Source: Octopus vulgaris
Taxonomy: Eukaryota
Assembly (NCBI GenBank): GCA_951406725.2
Contig: OX597823.1
Coordinates: forward strand, 100,254,001-100,318,000
DNA: 64,000 nucleotides
Direction of reading: 5' to 3'
Part shown: positions 1 to 13,547 of the stretch, piece after piece
Layout of the letters: each line of letters begins with the position of its first letter
Position numbering within the stretch: position 1 is the stretch's first letter
Program-made: the position numbers and the translations under genes
Notes under the pieces: generated by a model
Databases searched by the model: none
Told to the model about the DNA's origin: nothing
What the model saw: only the letters and a program-made list of their open reading frames with translations

Positions 1-1352
1 CCCATCTTTTTTTAAAACATTCGCTAGACAAAACTTGCCTCTCTACTCTCACTTTCCTTTTCAAGTGATACCTGAAGAAGTTGATGACAGATTGACCAGA
101 GAGGAAAGTGTTTGTCTCCAATCCTTTCAGACGCGTCCACCAGATACATTCTTTCGCCATAGCCACAAGTATGATAAAAATAGCTCTTCCTTCCCGTTTG
201 AAGGAGGCGTGACGATATTAAAGATAGACTCGGCTGATAAACCGATTCGTCCCACACGTGACAGCAGTCGTTCGACATAAGCCCACAGGTCGGAGTTGTT
301 GGACACTGCACGATTGCGTGCAGAACGGTTTCGTCGCTCTGACCGCATCTCGGGCAGGTCGGCCTCGTGTTTCTCTGGAAGTTGTCCATACGTCCCGACC
401 CGAAAGTCGTCTCAAACAGGCGGGTCAGGTATTCCTCGTCGACGCCCAGGTTCGCCCAAGATCGTCGTCGTACCTCCCCTCCACTAATTCCCTATAGAAT
501 GATTTGGTTGTGTTGAAGTCACTCAAGGTCGACCCTGGACGGCATAGTTGCTTGAGAGCAACACGACACTCGCGATGCCATTCGCCTAGCCTCGGCCTCT
601 TTTTGATCTACGACTGCAGTTCGGTCATGGAGACGAGCTGCGGGAAGGCGTGCCTCACAAACGGCGACCACATCTGTTCACCGTCGTCTAAATAGAGCTG
701 GAGATATCGCAGTCTCAGCGCGTCTGCGCATCATTAACCATGGCATCTCCAGCCCTACTTTTAACGAGTGTTGACAGCAAATGGATCGCCTGACCATCGG
801 GACGCATCCTTTCCACAAGAAGCGGAAGACAATGCGTTCTAGTTTGGTGATGGTAGGGTCGGGACAAGGTACGACGGTCAGGCGGTAGTAGATGATGGAC
901 GCGATGTACGTGTTCTCCACCTCCGCCCGACCTTTTAGGGACAGTTTCCTCTCGGCCCATTACCGGGCGAGAGTGACCACCCTACTCATTATCTCGTTCC
1001 AGTTCTTCTCCAATTGGAGGTACGGACCAAACCAGACACCGAGCAACTCCGTCCAGCGTCCCAAGACGGAGGCGCTGCTGGACGGCATGGGCTTGCTTCT
1101 CCAGGTGCCGAGCTCCAAGTCCACTGACTTTTCCCGGTTGATTTTCGCTCCTGTCACCGCTTCGTAGTCTTTCAGGGTCTCGCCGACCAGCTCGAAGTGT
1201 TCGTGGCTTGACACTATGTCGGTGACGTCGTCCGCGTATGCAGACACGCTCGTCCCGCATCCCAGTTCTCGCGCGATGCCCCTCAGAGTCTCCAGCTTCC
1301 TCAGTAGTGGCTCGAGAGTCAATATGTATAGAAGCGACGAGAGGGGGCATCC
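1..1352 (-). mobile_element. Tx1-like (L1 clade) LINE, 5'-truncated and frameshifted ORF2 (end of RT plus C-terminal region); runs off the window edge
   Basis: Minus-strand ORFs give GCPLSSLLYILTLEPLL, SAYADD, YRLTVVPCP and CPRCGQSDETVLHAIVQC. The 5' truncation abuts (ATCT)n. Confidence 0.9.

Positions 1353-1445
<93 letters not shown>
1353..1445. repeat. (GATA)n microsatellite between two Tx1 copies
   Basis: Direct reading. Confidence 0.98.
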
Positions 1446-1446
<1 letters not shown>

Positions 1447-4400
1447 GTTTTTATTGTGGCCACACAGGGCTAAACACAGAAAAAATGGACGAAATACAAT
1501 GTAGAGTTTTTCTTTTCGAGGTGGGATGGGTGGGACACACAAAGAAAAAACGTTCGATCAATAGGGATCTGTGGGTTATGTGGTGTATAAAAAGCAATAT
1601 ATATAAAGTTCACAGTTTAGGTGTAGCCTTGGAAAGAAAAACCTACAAAAAGCCCAAGGTCACCTCAGACAGTTCGAAATGTACACAAGAGTAAGTCACC
1701 TTACCTCTCGTTGTCTCTTTTGGTTACAGATTTAAGCTTAAAATGGTGTCGTCTTTCATACTGACCATTTTTTCCACTTTTACCCACTTTTTATTGAAAC
1801 ATTCGTTCGACAAAGCCTTCCTCTCTATTCTCGTCCTCCTTTTCAAGTGGTACTTGAAAAAGTTGACGAGAGACTGACCAGAGAGGAAGGTGTTTGTTTG
1901 TAGCCCTTTCAAACGCGTCCACCACACACATTCTTTCGCCATAGCCATCAGCGTAACGAAACCCGTTTTCCCTTCCCGTTGAAAGGAAGGTGGTGGAACA
2001 ATATTCACGATAGACTCGGCCGATAAGCGGGCCCGTCCTACACGCGACAACAGCTGTATGACGAAGGTCCACAGCTCTGAAATATCTGGACACTGCACGA
2101 GTGCGTGCAGAACGGTGTGGTCGTTCTGACCGCATCTCGGGCAGGTCGGTCCGGTGATGGTTTTCGAACCGTGCCTGTAGTTCTTCTCTCGAACAGGGAG
2201 TGCGTCTCGATAGCATTGCTAAGCCAGGGATCTCTGGAAGTTATCCATAGGCCCCGGCCCGAACGTCGTCCTGAAAAGGCGGGTTAGGAGTTTCTCGTCG
2301 ACGCCCAGGTTTGCTCCGAGTGTGTCGTCGGACCTCCCCTCCACTAGTCCTCTATAGAACGCTTTAGTCGTTTGTAAGTTGCACAAGTTTGATCCCTGAC
2401 GTCAGAGCTGCTTTAGAGCTTGGCGACACTCTCGGTGCCAATCGCCCAGTTTCGGTCTCTTCTTGATCCACGTTTGCAGTTCGGTCAGTGAGACGAGCTG
2501 CGGGAAGGCGCGCCTCACAAACGGCGCCCACACCTGTTCACCGTCATCGATGAAGCTCCAGAGATGTCGCAGTCTCAGCGCATGCCTGCGCATCATCAAC
2601 CACGACATGCCCAGTCCTCCATTTAACGGATGTTGATAGCAAATGGACTGCCTCACCATCGGAACGCCACCCTTCCACAGAAAGCGGAAGACTATGCGTT
2701 CCAGTTTGGCGATGGTAGCGTCGGGACAAGGCACGACGGTCAGGCGGTAATCGATGACGGATGCGATGTACGCGTTCGCCACCTCCGCCCGACCTTTTAG
2801 AGACAGCTTTCTCTCGGCCCATGTTTGGCTGAGAGTGACCACTCTACTCGTGATCTCGTCCCACTTCTTATCCATTTGGAGGTCCGGACTGAACCAGACC
2901 CCGAGCAATTTAACCGGTCCGTCCGTCCAGCGTCCCACTACTGAGCCGCAGTCGGACGGCATGGACTTGCTTCTCCAGGTGCCGAGTAGCAAACCCACTG
3001 ACTTTTCCGGGTTAATTTTCGCTCCCGTCACCGTTTCGTATTTTTTTTAGTGTCTCGCCTATCATCTGGATGTGTTTTTCGCTCGACACTATGATGGTGA
3101 CATCGTCCGCATATGCCGACACGCTCGTCCCGCAACCCAGTTCCCGTGGGATGCCCCTCAGTGCCGCCAGTTTCCGCAGTAGCGGCTCGAGAGTCAATAC
3201 ATACAGAAGCGCTGACAGGGGACACCCCTGACGGACCGAACGCGTGATGTCAAACGGTTTCGACAGGTGACCGTTCATCCGAATCACCGATCGGATGCCG
3301 TTATACAAGGCAGCGATCCAACCGTGGAAGACGGGACCGAAGCCAGCCGCCCTGAGGACGACCGCCAAGTACCGATGGTCTACCCTACCCAAGGCTTTAG
3401 ACTGATCCAAATTGATCAGCGCCCCACCCATGCCAGGATCCTTAACTACCCTGTCCACAATGTAGCGCATCAGATGGAGGTTGTCATGTATGGTTCTGCC
3501 CGGCACGGCGCATGTTTGCGCCCTGTCGACCAGTCTACCAATGACAAGCGCCAACCTCTCGGCTATTACTTTGGCCAAAATTTTCAAATCTGCGTTGAGC
3601 AGAGTGATGGACCTGCAATTGTTTGGGTCTTTCTTCAGCAACGTCACTGCCCCTCGGCGCACGAAACCGGGGATTCTCCCGTTTTGTTGCCAGTTGCAGT
3701 AGACTGATGCCAAGAGGTCGCCAAACAAGTCTGGCATTTGACAATACAGCTCGTAGGGTAAACCATCCAATCCAGGCCACTTATCCCTCGCACAGCCCGC
3801 CATCGCATCCAGCACGTCAGCGGCTGTGATGGGACTTTCACAACACTCCGCTTCTCTTGCCGAGAGCCGCGGCAGGTCGGTCAGGTAGGCACTGAAATCC
3901 ATCCCGCGTTCCGACCCACCACTCGCACCAAACAGTCGAGCAAAGTGCTGTTGAAAGGCCTCACACATCCTTTCGGGTTCGAGTAAACTGCATCCCTGTT
4001 GATCTATTAGAGACCGAATGGTGGCTCTGTTGTCACGTTGCGCCTCCGCTACCCGGGCCTCTCGCGCAGCTTCGATTCCTTCGTTCCTTAAGGCACGCAT
4101 TTTAGCTCTGACGACGCAACCTTCGTGTTTGGCGTTGAGGTGTTGGTCGAGGGCCATCCTCGCAGCCAGCACGTTGGTTGCGCTGCCAGTGGTAAGTGCC
4201 TCTTCTAGTTTCTTAACCAAGTCTCCCTCTACTCTATTTCGATCTGTCGTTAATTCCTTGCTAAACCTAACTGATTCCGATTTTATTGCCATTTTCAGGG
4301 CGAACCACCCTCGCTAATCCGGTTCCTGTAAACCTGTCGCGCTAAGAGCGACGTGTTCAGTTTCCAGTTACCGGGACCCTGTCTATGTGTCTTATCTAAG

Positions 4401-5905
4401 TCGAGCATACACGTCACAAATTTGTGATCTGTGTAGCTATTTTAAATTGTGGACATCCTACACTATCCCTATCTTCTGTCCTGCATAGAATTCTATCTAG
4501 ATAAGATCTCGACGATCCGACGCGGTTTGTCCAAGTCCACGTTGGCACGTTCGGATGGTCGAGTCGGAACCTGTCAGACAAATGGAAACGTCTGAGCAGG
4601 TCTTTGAGGCACTTACACCCCCTTCTATTCCTATCCATTCCCACATAGTCTAGATGCGTGTCCAATCCCCTACTAACAGTAAAGGTCTAGACGTACCCAG
4701 GAAAACTTCTAGACGTCTGAAGAAATCCGCCCGACCCGTTAAGGACTGTGCATAAACTGCCATCAGACGGAATGCACACCCATTTCTGCCATCCACGTCC
4801 AAGACAACCAGCCTACCCTCCGGGTCTAGGAATGTTGTTCTTACTTTTACATTTAGACTCTTTCGAAAAAGCACTGCGGTACCTCCACCACCCATGTTCG
4901 GCAGACAGGGAGAAAATTAAATGTCGAATTGATCGCCAAACATGGAGGCGAGGGCCCGCGGCTTGCTGAGTCTGGTTTCACTGTCATCTTCAAAGTCATC
5001 TTCACAGATGTTAGTGTTGGATGCAATGTATTCCATTAGTTTTTTATTGCCCGTGTCTATTGCTGTTAGATGTGTGGTTTTGCGAGGTCATTGATGTTTT
5101 GATTGTCTACGCGGGGGCTGTCAGGAGTTAAATATCTCCCTGCTTTACTTGCTTGTTTGGTGGGCTTTTTTGATCTTTTCCTTTTACCCCCTGTGGCTAT
5201 TTGCCATTCCGTCGAAATTTCCTCGTTGGACGAAGAGTCTGACTAATCAGAAGGGGGTAAAGGCAAAGCATTTGCGTTAATATGTATGTTTGTAGAAAAT
5301 GTTGTTGTTTTGTGCGGTGTTTTTGTTGTTGTGGTGTTAGGGGTAGAATTTGTCTTCCCGTCACTGTTATCTGTTTCCTTAGTTGTCGTCCTTGGTGCTG
5401 GTGTTGGAATGTCTTTTGATGTTGGTTGTGGTTTTGCTTCTTTATTTGGTTGCGACGTCAACGGTAATTGTGTTGGTGCTGTTTCTTTTCATGGTGCTGT
5501 TGTTGGGGTTTGTTTGCTAGTTTGTTGTTGTTCTTGGCGTTGTTCCATATTTTTATATAATTCTTGTATCAGTTGTGGGTTTGGTGGTGTTGGTAGCAGA
5601 GATTTATTTTTTTTTTGTTTTCTGATTTGTTTTTTCTTGTTTTTTCTGTCCCAGAACGCACTTTGCAATTAAGTGGTCTGGGCTGCCACAGCTGTAGCAT
5701 CGTGGTTTTTTACCTTCTGCTACCACATACAGGCTTTGCCCATATGATATTAGGTAAGTTCTCGATAGAAGACCCATCGATTTGAAGGGTCACCTCTATC
5801 GATTTACCACTCCAATTATCATTTTTAAACACGGCGATTTCCAATATGTTTATCGATTTCAAATGATAACATATCGCCGATGTTATCCATTTGGGTGGTA
5901 TTTCT
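1446..5905 (-). mobile_element. Tx1-like LINE, near full length: partial ORF1, decayed ORF2 and 3' UTR ending in AATAAA next to (ATCT)n
   Basis: APE motifs GGTAVLF, LLVGDW, WTWTN and SYLDRIL (4414-4895). RT motifs PGLDGLPYELY, ITLLNADLK, LDQSKA, VRQGCPLS and YADD (3012-4292). C-terminal region 1724-3031. ORF1 remnant with a Cys/His knuckle and Thr/Lys/Pro-rich tail at about 5240-5905. Confidence 0.92.
3012..4292 (-). pseudogene. RT domain segment of Tx1-like ORF2 (426-aa open stretch, frameshifted at both ends)
   Basis: Canonical non-LTR RT motifs including QGCPLS and YADD. Confidence 0.9.
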
Positions 5906-7342
5906 GGCGGGACGATATTAAAGATAGACTCGGCTGATAAACCGACTCGTCCCACACGTGACAGCAGTTGCTCGACATAAGCCCACAGGTCGGAAATTGT
6001 TGGACACTGCACGAGTGCGTGCAGAACGGTTTCGTCGCTCTGACCGCATCTCGGGCAGGTCGGCCCCGTGTTTCTCGAGCCGTGTCTGGAGAGCTTATCT
6101 CGAACGGGTAGCGCTTCTCAGTAGCACTGCCAGGCCAGGGATCTCTGGAAGTTGTCCTTGGGCCCTCGCCCGAAAGTCGTCTCAAACAGGCGGGTCAGGT
6201 ATTCCTCATCGACGCCCAGGTTCGCCCCGAGCTCGTCGTCGTACCTCCCCTCCACTAATCCCCTATAGAATGCTTGGGTTGTTGGAGTCACTCATGGTCG
6301 ACCCGGGACGGCAGAGTTGCTTGAGAGCAACGCGACACTCGCGGTGCCATTCGCCCTTCCTCGCCCTCTTTTTGATCTACGACTGCAGTTCGGTCATGGA
6401 GACGAGTTGCGGGAAGGCGTGCCTCACAAACGGCAACCACACCTGTTCACCGTCGTCTACGTGGAGCCTGAGATGTTGCAGTCTCAGCGCGTGTCTGCGC
6501 ATCATCAACCACGGCATGCCCAGCCCTACTTTTAACGAGTGTTGACAGCAAATGGATCGCCTGACCATCGGAACGCATCCTTTCCACAAGAAGCGGAAGA
6601 GAATGCGTTCTAGTTTGGTGATGGTAGGGTCGGAACAAGGTACGACGGTCAGGCGATAGTAGATGACGGACGCGATGTACGAGTTCGCCACCTCCGCCTG
6701 ACCTTTTAGGGACAGTTTCCTCCCGGCCCATTACCGGGCGAGAGTGACCACCCTACTCGTTATCTCGTTCCAGTTCTTCTCCATTTGGAGGTACGGACCA
6801 AACCAGACCCCGAGCAACTCGACCGGACCGTCGGTCCAGCGTCCCACGACGGAGACGCTGGTGGATGGCATGGGCTTGCTTCTCCAGGTGCTGAGTCGCA
6901 AGCCCACTGATTTTTCCCGGTTGATTTTCGCTCCTGTCACCGCTTCGTAGTTTTTCAGTGTCTCGCCGACCTGCTCGATTTGCTCGTGGCTAGACGCTAT
7001 GACGGTGATGTCGTCCGCGTATGCAGACACGCTCGTCCCGCATCCCAATTCTCGCGGGATGCCCCTCAGAGTTGCCAGCTTCTGCAATAATGCCTCGAGA
7101 GTCAATACGTATAGAAGCGACGAGAGGGGGCATCCCTGACGGACCGAACGTGCGATGTCGAAAGGTCTCGATAGATGTCCATTTACGCGAATTACCGAAC
7201 GGATGCCTCTGTACAAAGCGGCTATCTAGCCGCGGAAGACGAGACCGAAACCAGCCGCTCTGAGGACAGCCTCCAAGTATCGATGGTCTACCTTATCGAA
7301 AGCTTTCAATTGATCCAAATTGATCAGCGCCATACCCATGCC
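5906..7342 (-). mobile_element. Tx1-like LINE, 5'-truncated in RT, 3' end missing; same subfamily as 1-1352
   Basis: ORFs 6731-7216 (QGCPLS, YADD) and 6377-6691; visibly close nucleotide similarity to 1-1352. Confidence 0.9.

Positions 7343-7424
<82 letters not shown>
7343..7424. repeat. (GATA)n microsatellite at a Tx1 5' junction
   Basis: Direct reading. Confidence 0.98.
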
Positions 7425-8527
7425 GTAGTCTAGCGGTGGTTTTGCCTTTGGCTGCACCTCGGCATGTGGACCTTCTCCAGCCCTCTGTATACGACCTGGT
7501 TCTGCCCTATCCCCCTCCACAACCACCACCACCATTGCTAAGTAGATCACTGGAACTTCTGCCACCATGTTTACCTTGACGAGAATGAATACTGAAAGAG
7601 ATTTTTTGTTGCCTTCTCCAGATAAGGAAAATTTGAACTCAGAATGTAGAGAGCCGGCAAATATACCGTTAAGCGTTGCTACCGACGCGCCAACAATTCT
7701 GCTACTTTCCCACGCGCAGGACAACGTGAACTGCAGTGTTTAACCCGGTTCCGGGAATCAAACCCACGATCTAAGTGAAACCAGCGAACCAGGTGAAACG
7801 GCAGGCTTTACCTCAGAGTGTCCCTCTCCTGGAAGGACGATGTGACAATAGCTAGGGGTCCCTCACTCCTGGTGATTTTAATTGTTTGTAACTCGTCTAA
7901 GTTCACTTTCCCTTTGACGAGTTTTGTTTTCCATCTCGCAGGTTGCTCAAAACCCGCCCTAGTCACCATGCAGGCTCGCCGGTCGCCGATGACCCGACCA
8001 TATCACAGGTTGTACTGGGTTACGTGTTACTAGTAACAATGAATAACGACTTGAATATAATTATAGTTTAATTATAATCGTAGTTTATTAAACGAAAGGC
8101 CACAGTGGACATTCTAGCAGACAAGATGGTTAAGGTCGAAACATCTTTGTTTCTTAACAGTTCATTCGTGCTGATTTGTAACTCAAAAATAGAGGTTGCT
8201 GCTCATTGACAATATATTTATATTTTCAAACATCGTTTCATTCAGCTGCTAACGGAACATCGAATGGGAGTGCTAAAAAACACACCGATTCTCTTGCTTC
8301 TTAAATAGTTTTGTGATTTCTTCTTACAAACTAAAGACATCTGTCGGGCGTTTTCTTGTGAAATATCTATTATAATAAGTATGTCTGAGTGAAACGACCA
8401 GAATCATCATTACAAGGCGATAGTGTTTCACTCTGTAAACGCTTAGAACACCAAGAGACACCTGGCGACTTTACTTACAATATCATACAACTGCAACAAT
8501 AATTCGCCTTTTTTTACTTTCATCTTT

Positions 8528-8580
8528 CTATTTATTTATTTATCTATTTATTTATTCCTTATTATTATTATTATTATTAT

Positions 8581-8627
<47 letters not shown>
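8528..8627. repeat. Compound (TTTA)n/(TTA)n/(TAG)n microsatellite
   Basis: Direct reading. Confidence 0.9.
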
Positions 8628-9539
8628 CACTTAACGGAAAATTAAATTCCTTTAATCTGATATAGTATTTTAGTGAATACAGCTGTGGCAGTGGTTTCGC
8701 TGTTAAGGTTAGGAGTGACGTCTTTGAAGGTGGAAGTGATGGTGGGATCGTGGTGGCTGCGGCGATTGTGGTAGTGGTGGTGGTGGTGGTGGTGAAGGAA
8801 ATGGTAGTAATAGCAGCGGTGGTGGCGGCGGCGATAGCAATGCTGGAATTGCTGAAAAAAGATGGAAGACGAAAGAAAAGAATTCATACATCTGTATTCT
8901 TTTACTTGTCTCAGTCATTGGACTGCGACCATGCTGGAGCACTGCTTTGAAGTATTTAAACGAATAAATTTATCCTAGTGCTTATTTGATGTCTGATACT
9001 AACTCTATCGTTTCTTTGCACCGAACTGCTGGTTACGCAGACGTAAACAAACCAACACCGTTGTCTGTTGAAGGGGGCAAATACAAAGACGTACATGAGC
9101 CAGATAGATATATAAATAGCCGTATGTATATTTAGTGGGGCAAAATGAAAAAAAAACATTCACCAGTCTTGATAAATGTTTTAGCCTTAAAAGCACAGTG
9201 TGCACTGGTTCAAATTACGATGGAAACTTTAAAAACAAAAATGATAAAACATTAGCGACATAAAGACACCATCTGCCTAATTTTATATACGCCTCATCAA
9301 CAGCCGCGTAAAATATGCGAAGTCTTTCTGCCTTGCTTGCGTATGCGTGCTTGTGTATGTATGTATGTATGTATGTATGTATGTATGTATGTCCCATTTG
9401 ACTTTGCATGTATCTTGCTGTTGCTCTCATTCGTAGTTTTGCCGTCGATTGCTCTTATGCGATACATCTGAGATACCTATCTTCTGGTCGTCTGTTCGAT
9501 TTGTGGTATTTTGCCCCAGGATACACACTCCTGAAATTA

Positions 9540-9960
9540 TTTATCTTAATTGAAGTTACAGTGCTGAAAACTGTTGACAGGTTCGTTTGTCTGCGTAGCA
9601 CATTCAATCTTTCTCGCTCCTCAAAACCTGAAATATCTCTAAGGTTTCAAAAAAGACTGATTCCTTCAGGTATTTTTCGTCTCTCGCTACTCCCAACATG
9701 GCGTCAAAACTTGCTGTATATTGTCTGTGTATTGACTTCCTGTCTTTATTCGTCTCATACACGAGTCTTTCACAGTCATCATGTAAAGATCCTTGAGCAC
9801 TTGCAACAAATATATCTAAGACATATTCTAAATATCAGCTGGTCCTTGCACAAATATATTTATGGGGAACAAAACATAGATATTTGACGGAAACCGAACT
9901 TTAGGGCATTGGGGTGATGGCATATAATCCCTGTTTATGTTGGACAGGACACCTTGTACG
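9540..9960 (+). mobile_element. Highly decayed RTE-like LINE fragment (post-RT region)
   Basis: Translation LKTVDRFVCL...KILEHLQQIYLRHILNISW resembles the RTE thumb region. Confidence 0.55.
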
Positions 9961-10033
9961 AATCTCTTATGATAAAAGGCAGATTTTCTCTGCCTGTTCC
10001 CATGTTCCTTTTTAATACAATTCTACAATATAG

Positions 10034-10492
10034 AATTTCTTCAATTGGAATTTACCTACGATTTTTACAAGTAGATTCGATTGGGTCATGGCATATAAAG
10101 TTTTTTCAATTTGACCCCCAATTAAGCAAAAATTCGAGAAAAGTAAATATTTTACGATTTGCCTCTCTAATTTCAACTGCTTCACTCATGCTATTACCAT
10201 AATTTCTCCTACTTTCTCTTTGCAAGTATACCTTAAACCACTACTCAAAAAAAAATACAGAGCAAACAGAAACAAATAAATACATAACGATTTACTCCTC
10301 ACACAATTTCTTCAATTGGAGTTTACCTATGATTTTTCTCAGCACATTCCATTCGCTCATGGCATATAAATTTCTTTCAATTTCACCCCCAATTAAGCAA
10401 AAATTCGAGAAAACTCAATATTTTGCGATTTCCCTCTCTCACTTCAAAGGCTTTACTCCGCCTATTACCACACTTACTCCCACTTTCTCTTT
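10034..10492. repeat. Two diverged copies (about 190 bp, period about 270 bp) of an unclassified repeat
   Basis: aatttcttcaattgga...cccccaattaagcaaaaattcgagaaaa...actttctcttt occurs at about 10034 and 10306. Confidence 0.8.
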
Positions 10493-10548
10493 ACACACAT
10501 AGACACGCAAACATATACATATATGACAGTGTCAATTGTTGAAATAAA

Positions 10549-10719
<171 letters not shown>

Positions 10720-11216
10720 CAGGGATGAGCCATTAATACTGGTCATCCTTTTTGCTAGAGGAAGATCCGCTATGGTCTTATATGCTACACCACTGGTTTT
10801 CAATTCATATTAATCAAATTAATATTCAATTTTTCACCCTTATTATGTGTGTGTGTATTAGCAATTCGTATAAAATTGCATCAATGACTTGAACTTGAAT
10901 AAGTGGTTTCACATAAATGGGGATAAATTAAAAAGGTTTGTTGTTATTATTATTACTGTTTGACTATTGTAATCACGTTTGTTGGTTCCTCGTCAGGGAA
11001 ACTTGTTGTTGTGTTGCATTTGTTAAAAAATTGTAAACCGTAACCCTCCCCCTTTCGGAGAAGGGGCTTTGGTTATTGTTTAAAAATTGAATTGTGTCCC
11101 TGTTTGGGGAAATTGACAATATTTTCACCGTCTTTACGGAAGCATTTTTGTTAAAATGCCTTCGATACAAGAAAGTCCAAAAATTGGAATTTCAACATCA
11201 ACAACAGGGTACTTTA

Positions 11217-11259
11217 GTATGTATGTATGTATGTATGTATGTATGTATGTATGTATGTA

Positions 11260-11290
<31 letters not shown>

Positions 11291-11530
11291 ATGTATGTAT
11301 GTATGTATGTATGTATGTATGTATGTATGTGTGTATGTATGTGTGTATGTATGTATGTATGTATGTATGTATGTATGTATGTATGTATGTATGTGTGTAT
11401 GTGTGTATGTGTGTATGTGTGTATGTATGTATGTATGTATGTATGCGTGTATGTATGTATGTATGTATGCGTGTATGTATGTATGTATGTATGTATACGT
11501 ACATATCCCGGGCCCTAATGTATGTATGTA
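11217..11530. repeat. (TATG)n microsatellite
   Basis: Direct reading. Confidence 0.98.
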
Positions 11531-12359
11531 TTCCATAGCAGAATTGTTATATATATTATTTATCCCAGTCAATTTCTTTGGCAGTTGGTATTATGTACAC
11601 TTTTCGCAACGACATCATGTCGCAACGGAAAGTTCACGTTTTATCGTCCTTCTCAAGCTTAAAGGATAGGTACATGGCAACGTACAGCTTGTTTTATGGT
11701 ATGCATAAAGTGTTTCTTTTCTAGGTCGTTGCTGAGACATGTTGGTCCTGCACGTCAGGGTTCACGTGAGAGGTCATCAGGAAGTGCTTCTTGAGGAGTT
11801 CATTCCCAATCTGCAAGATATTATTCACGTCATTTTGATGAAGTTGGTTGATGTATATATTTTTGTTGTCATTTTTCTTTTTTACATCACTCGGGCAGTA
11901 CCTGCTGTCTAACTGATACCATATCAAAGGTTGTCTGCTCTGATCTTAAACCTTTTTCTCCTTTTCTTCTGAGATAGAGTCTGTCAATTTCAGTCTTTAT
12001 ATAGAAGTTTGTAGTTCATGACAAGGAGCTTGGTTGGGGGTGCTAATGTCTGTGGAACAGATTTCCTTTAAAGACTAATCAAATATCACAAATGTTGCTG
12101 TTGGTATTGCAAATACATTGTGGATATTGTCTTGTTGCAAAAGGATGACTCTGACGGCCATTTCCTTTTTTAGTCTGGTTTTATATTTTCTGGTTATTGT
12201 GTCTTCGTCCACAGCACTTTTCTATGATATCTTTATAGTTCTCATAGAACAGTTTTCCCACATTCTGTTGTTACATATAAACATTTCTTTTGGTCAAATT
12301 CTATCTTTATACCAGCTGAAAATGTTGTGACTAAATCCAGCTGCTTCTCAACATTACAT

Positions 12360-12832
12360 ATATAATTACTAAGATCGTTTGGCGAACCGCTAAGTTATTT
12401 TATCGAACTCCTTTGACGAACCGCTAAGTTATTTTATCGATCTCCTTTGGCGAACCGCTAAGTTATTTCATCGATCTTGTTTGGCGAACCGCTGTGTTAT
12501 TTTATCGATCACGTTTGGCGAACCGCTAAATTATTTTAAGATTGAACACCTTTTGCCCGATTTCAATCTAATTTTCAACATGTTAAAGTGGAAGCGGATT
12601 AGTAATTTAAGCGCGGAAATCTAATTTTTTATAAATGAGAGAGATATAAAGATAGAGAGTAAGAGAAAGCGAGGGAGAGTCCGAGAGAAAGGAAGAGTAA
12701 GAGAGTGGGAAAGTGAGAGAGAAAGGAGAGAGAAACAAAGGGGGAGAATGTGGCGATAAGAAACAGAAAGGAAGCAACAGAAAGTAACAACCACACCCTC
12801 ACCCGCGCGTAGAGCGGGTCACCTTAAGCTAG
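12360..12832 (+). mobile_element. Non-autonomous Helitron with an internal ~33-bp minisatellite
   Basis: 3' hairpin acccgc-gcgtaga-gcgggt followed by CTAG (12829-12832) then T. About 5 copies of tttggcgaaccgctaagttattttatcga at 12375-12540. The 5' boundary is approximate. Confidence 0.7.
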
Positions 12833-13044
12833 TCATAAATATAAATTACATTTCTGATTGTTTGTTTGTTTTTAGAATACGTGGAGTACACGTAATCGTA
12901 GTGTAGTTCGAACTGAAGATCACCATTCAACCAGCTTGATTGTTTTTGTTTTTCGATGTTTTCCACAGTTTCTTTTAAATTATGTTTTAGAAACTCTATC
13001 ATTACGAATTCAAAAATAGAAGACATCTAATATATATTTGGCAG

Positions 13045-13260
13045 AAGGCGGCGAGCTGGCAGAATCGTTAGCACGCCGGGCGAAATGCGTAGCCGTATTT
13101 CGTCTGCCGTTACGTTCTGAGTTCAAATTCCGCCGAGGTCGACTCTGCTTTTCATCCTTTGGGGTCGATAGATTAAGTACCAGTTGCGTACTGAGGTCGA
13201 TCTAATCGAGTGGACCCCTCCCCAAAAGATTCGGTCCTTGTGCCTCGAGTAGAAAAGAAT
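13045..13260 (+). mobile_element. tRNA-derived SINE (family A)
   Basis: Box A-like tggcagaatcg and box B gagttcaaattcc. Related copies at about 33311, 41939, 55260, 56825 and 60290 (minus). Confidence 0.8.
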
Positions 13261-13547
13261 ATATATCTATCGGACTCTCAGGATATCTGTTTTACAATCT
13301 AACATCGAAATTCCAGGCTTTTTCTTTTTGTTTATCCTTTTTTGTTTTTGCTTTGGATTTTTATTTTGTTTCCTCCCCCACCCCCGATTTTTCCATATTT
13401 TATAGTATCCCACATTCCAAAACACTCGCGGCCGGACTTTCTTTAGAAATTTTCAATCCTTGCATTTTTAAACGTCCACCCGTCCACTATCATCGTACTT
13501 CGTAACACAAGACACTACCATGTCTGTATGTATTGTACACACACTTA

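Noticed and set aside
5958-6545. Antisense ORFs over Tx1 copies (e.g. 195 aa)
   Set aside because: Expected shadow ORFs of GC-rich coding sequence; not conserved in length between copies
11700-12340. Possible decayed PLE coding fragment on the minus strand
   Set aside because: Too degenerate to assign motifs confidently without an HMM search
12375-12540. ~33-bp repeats resembling a CRISPR array
   Set aside because: Contiguous tandem units with no unique spacers, no cas genes, and a eukaryotic Helitron context
13045-13140. Possible tRNA gene
   Set aside because: Box A/B are present but there is no cloverleaf, and it continues into a multi-copy SINE body
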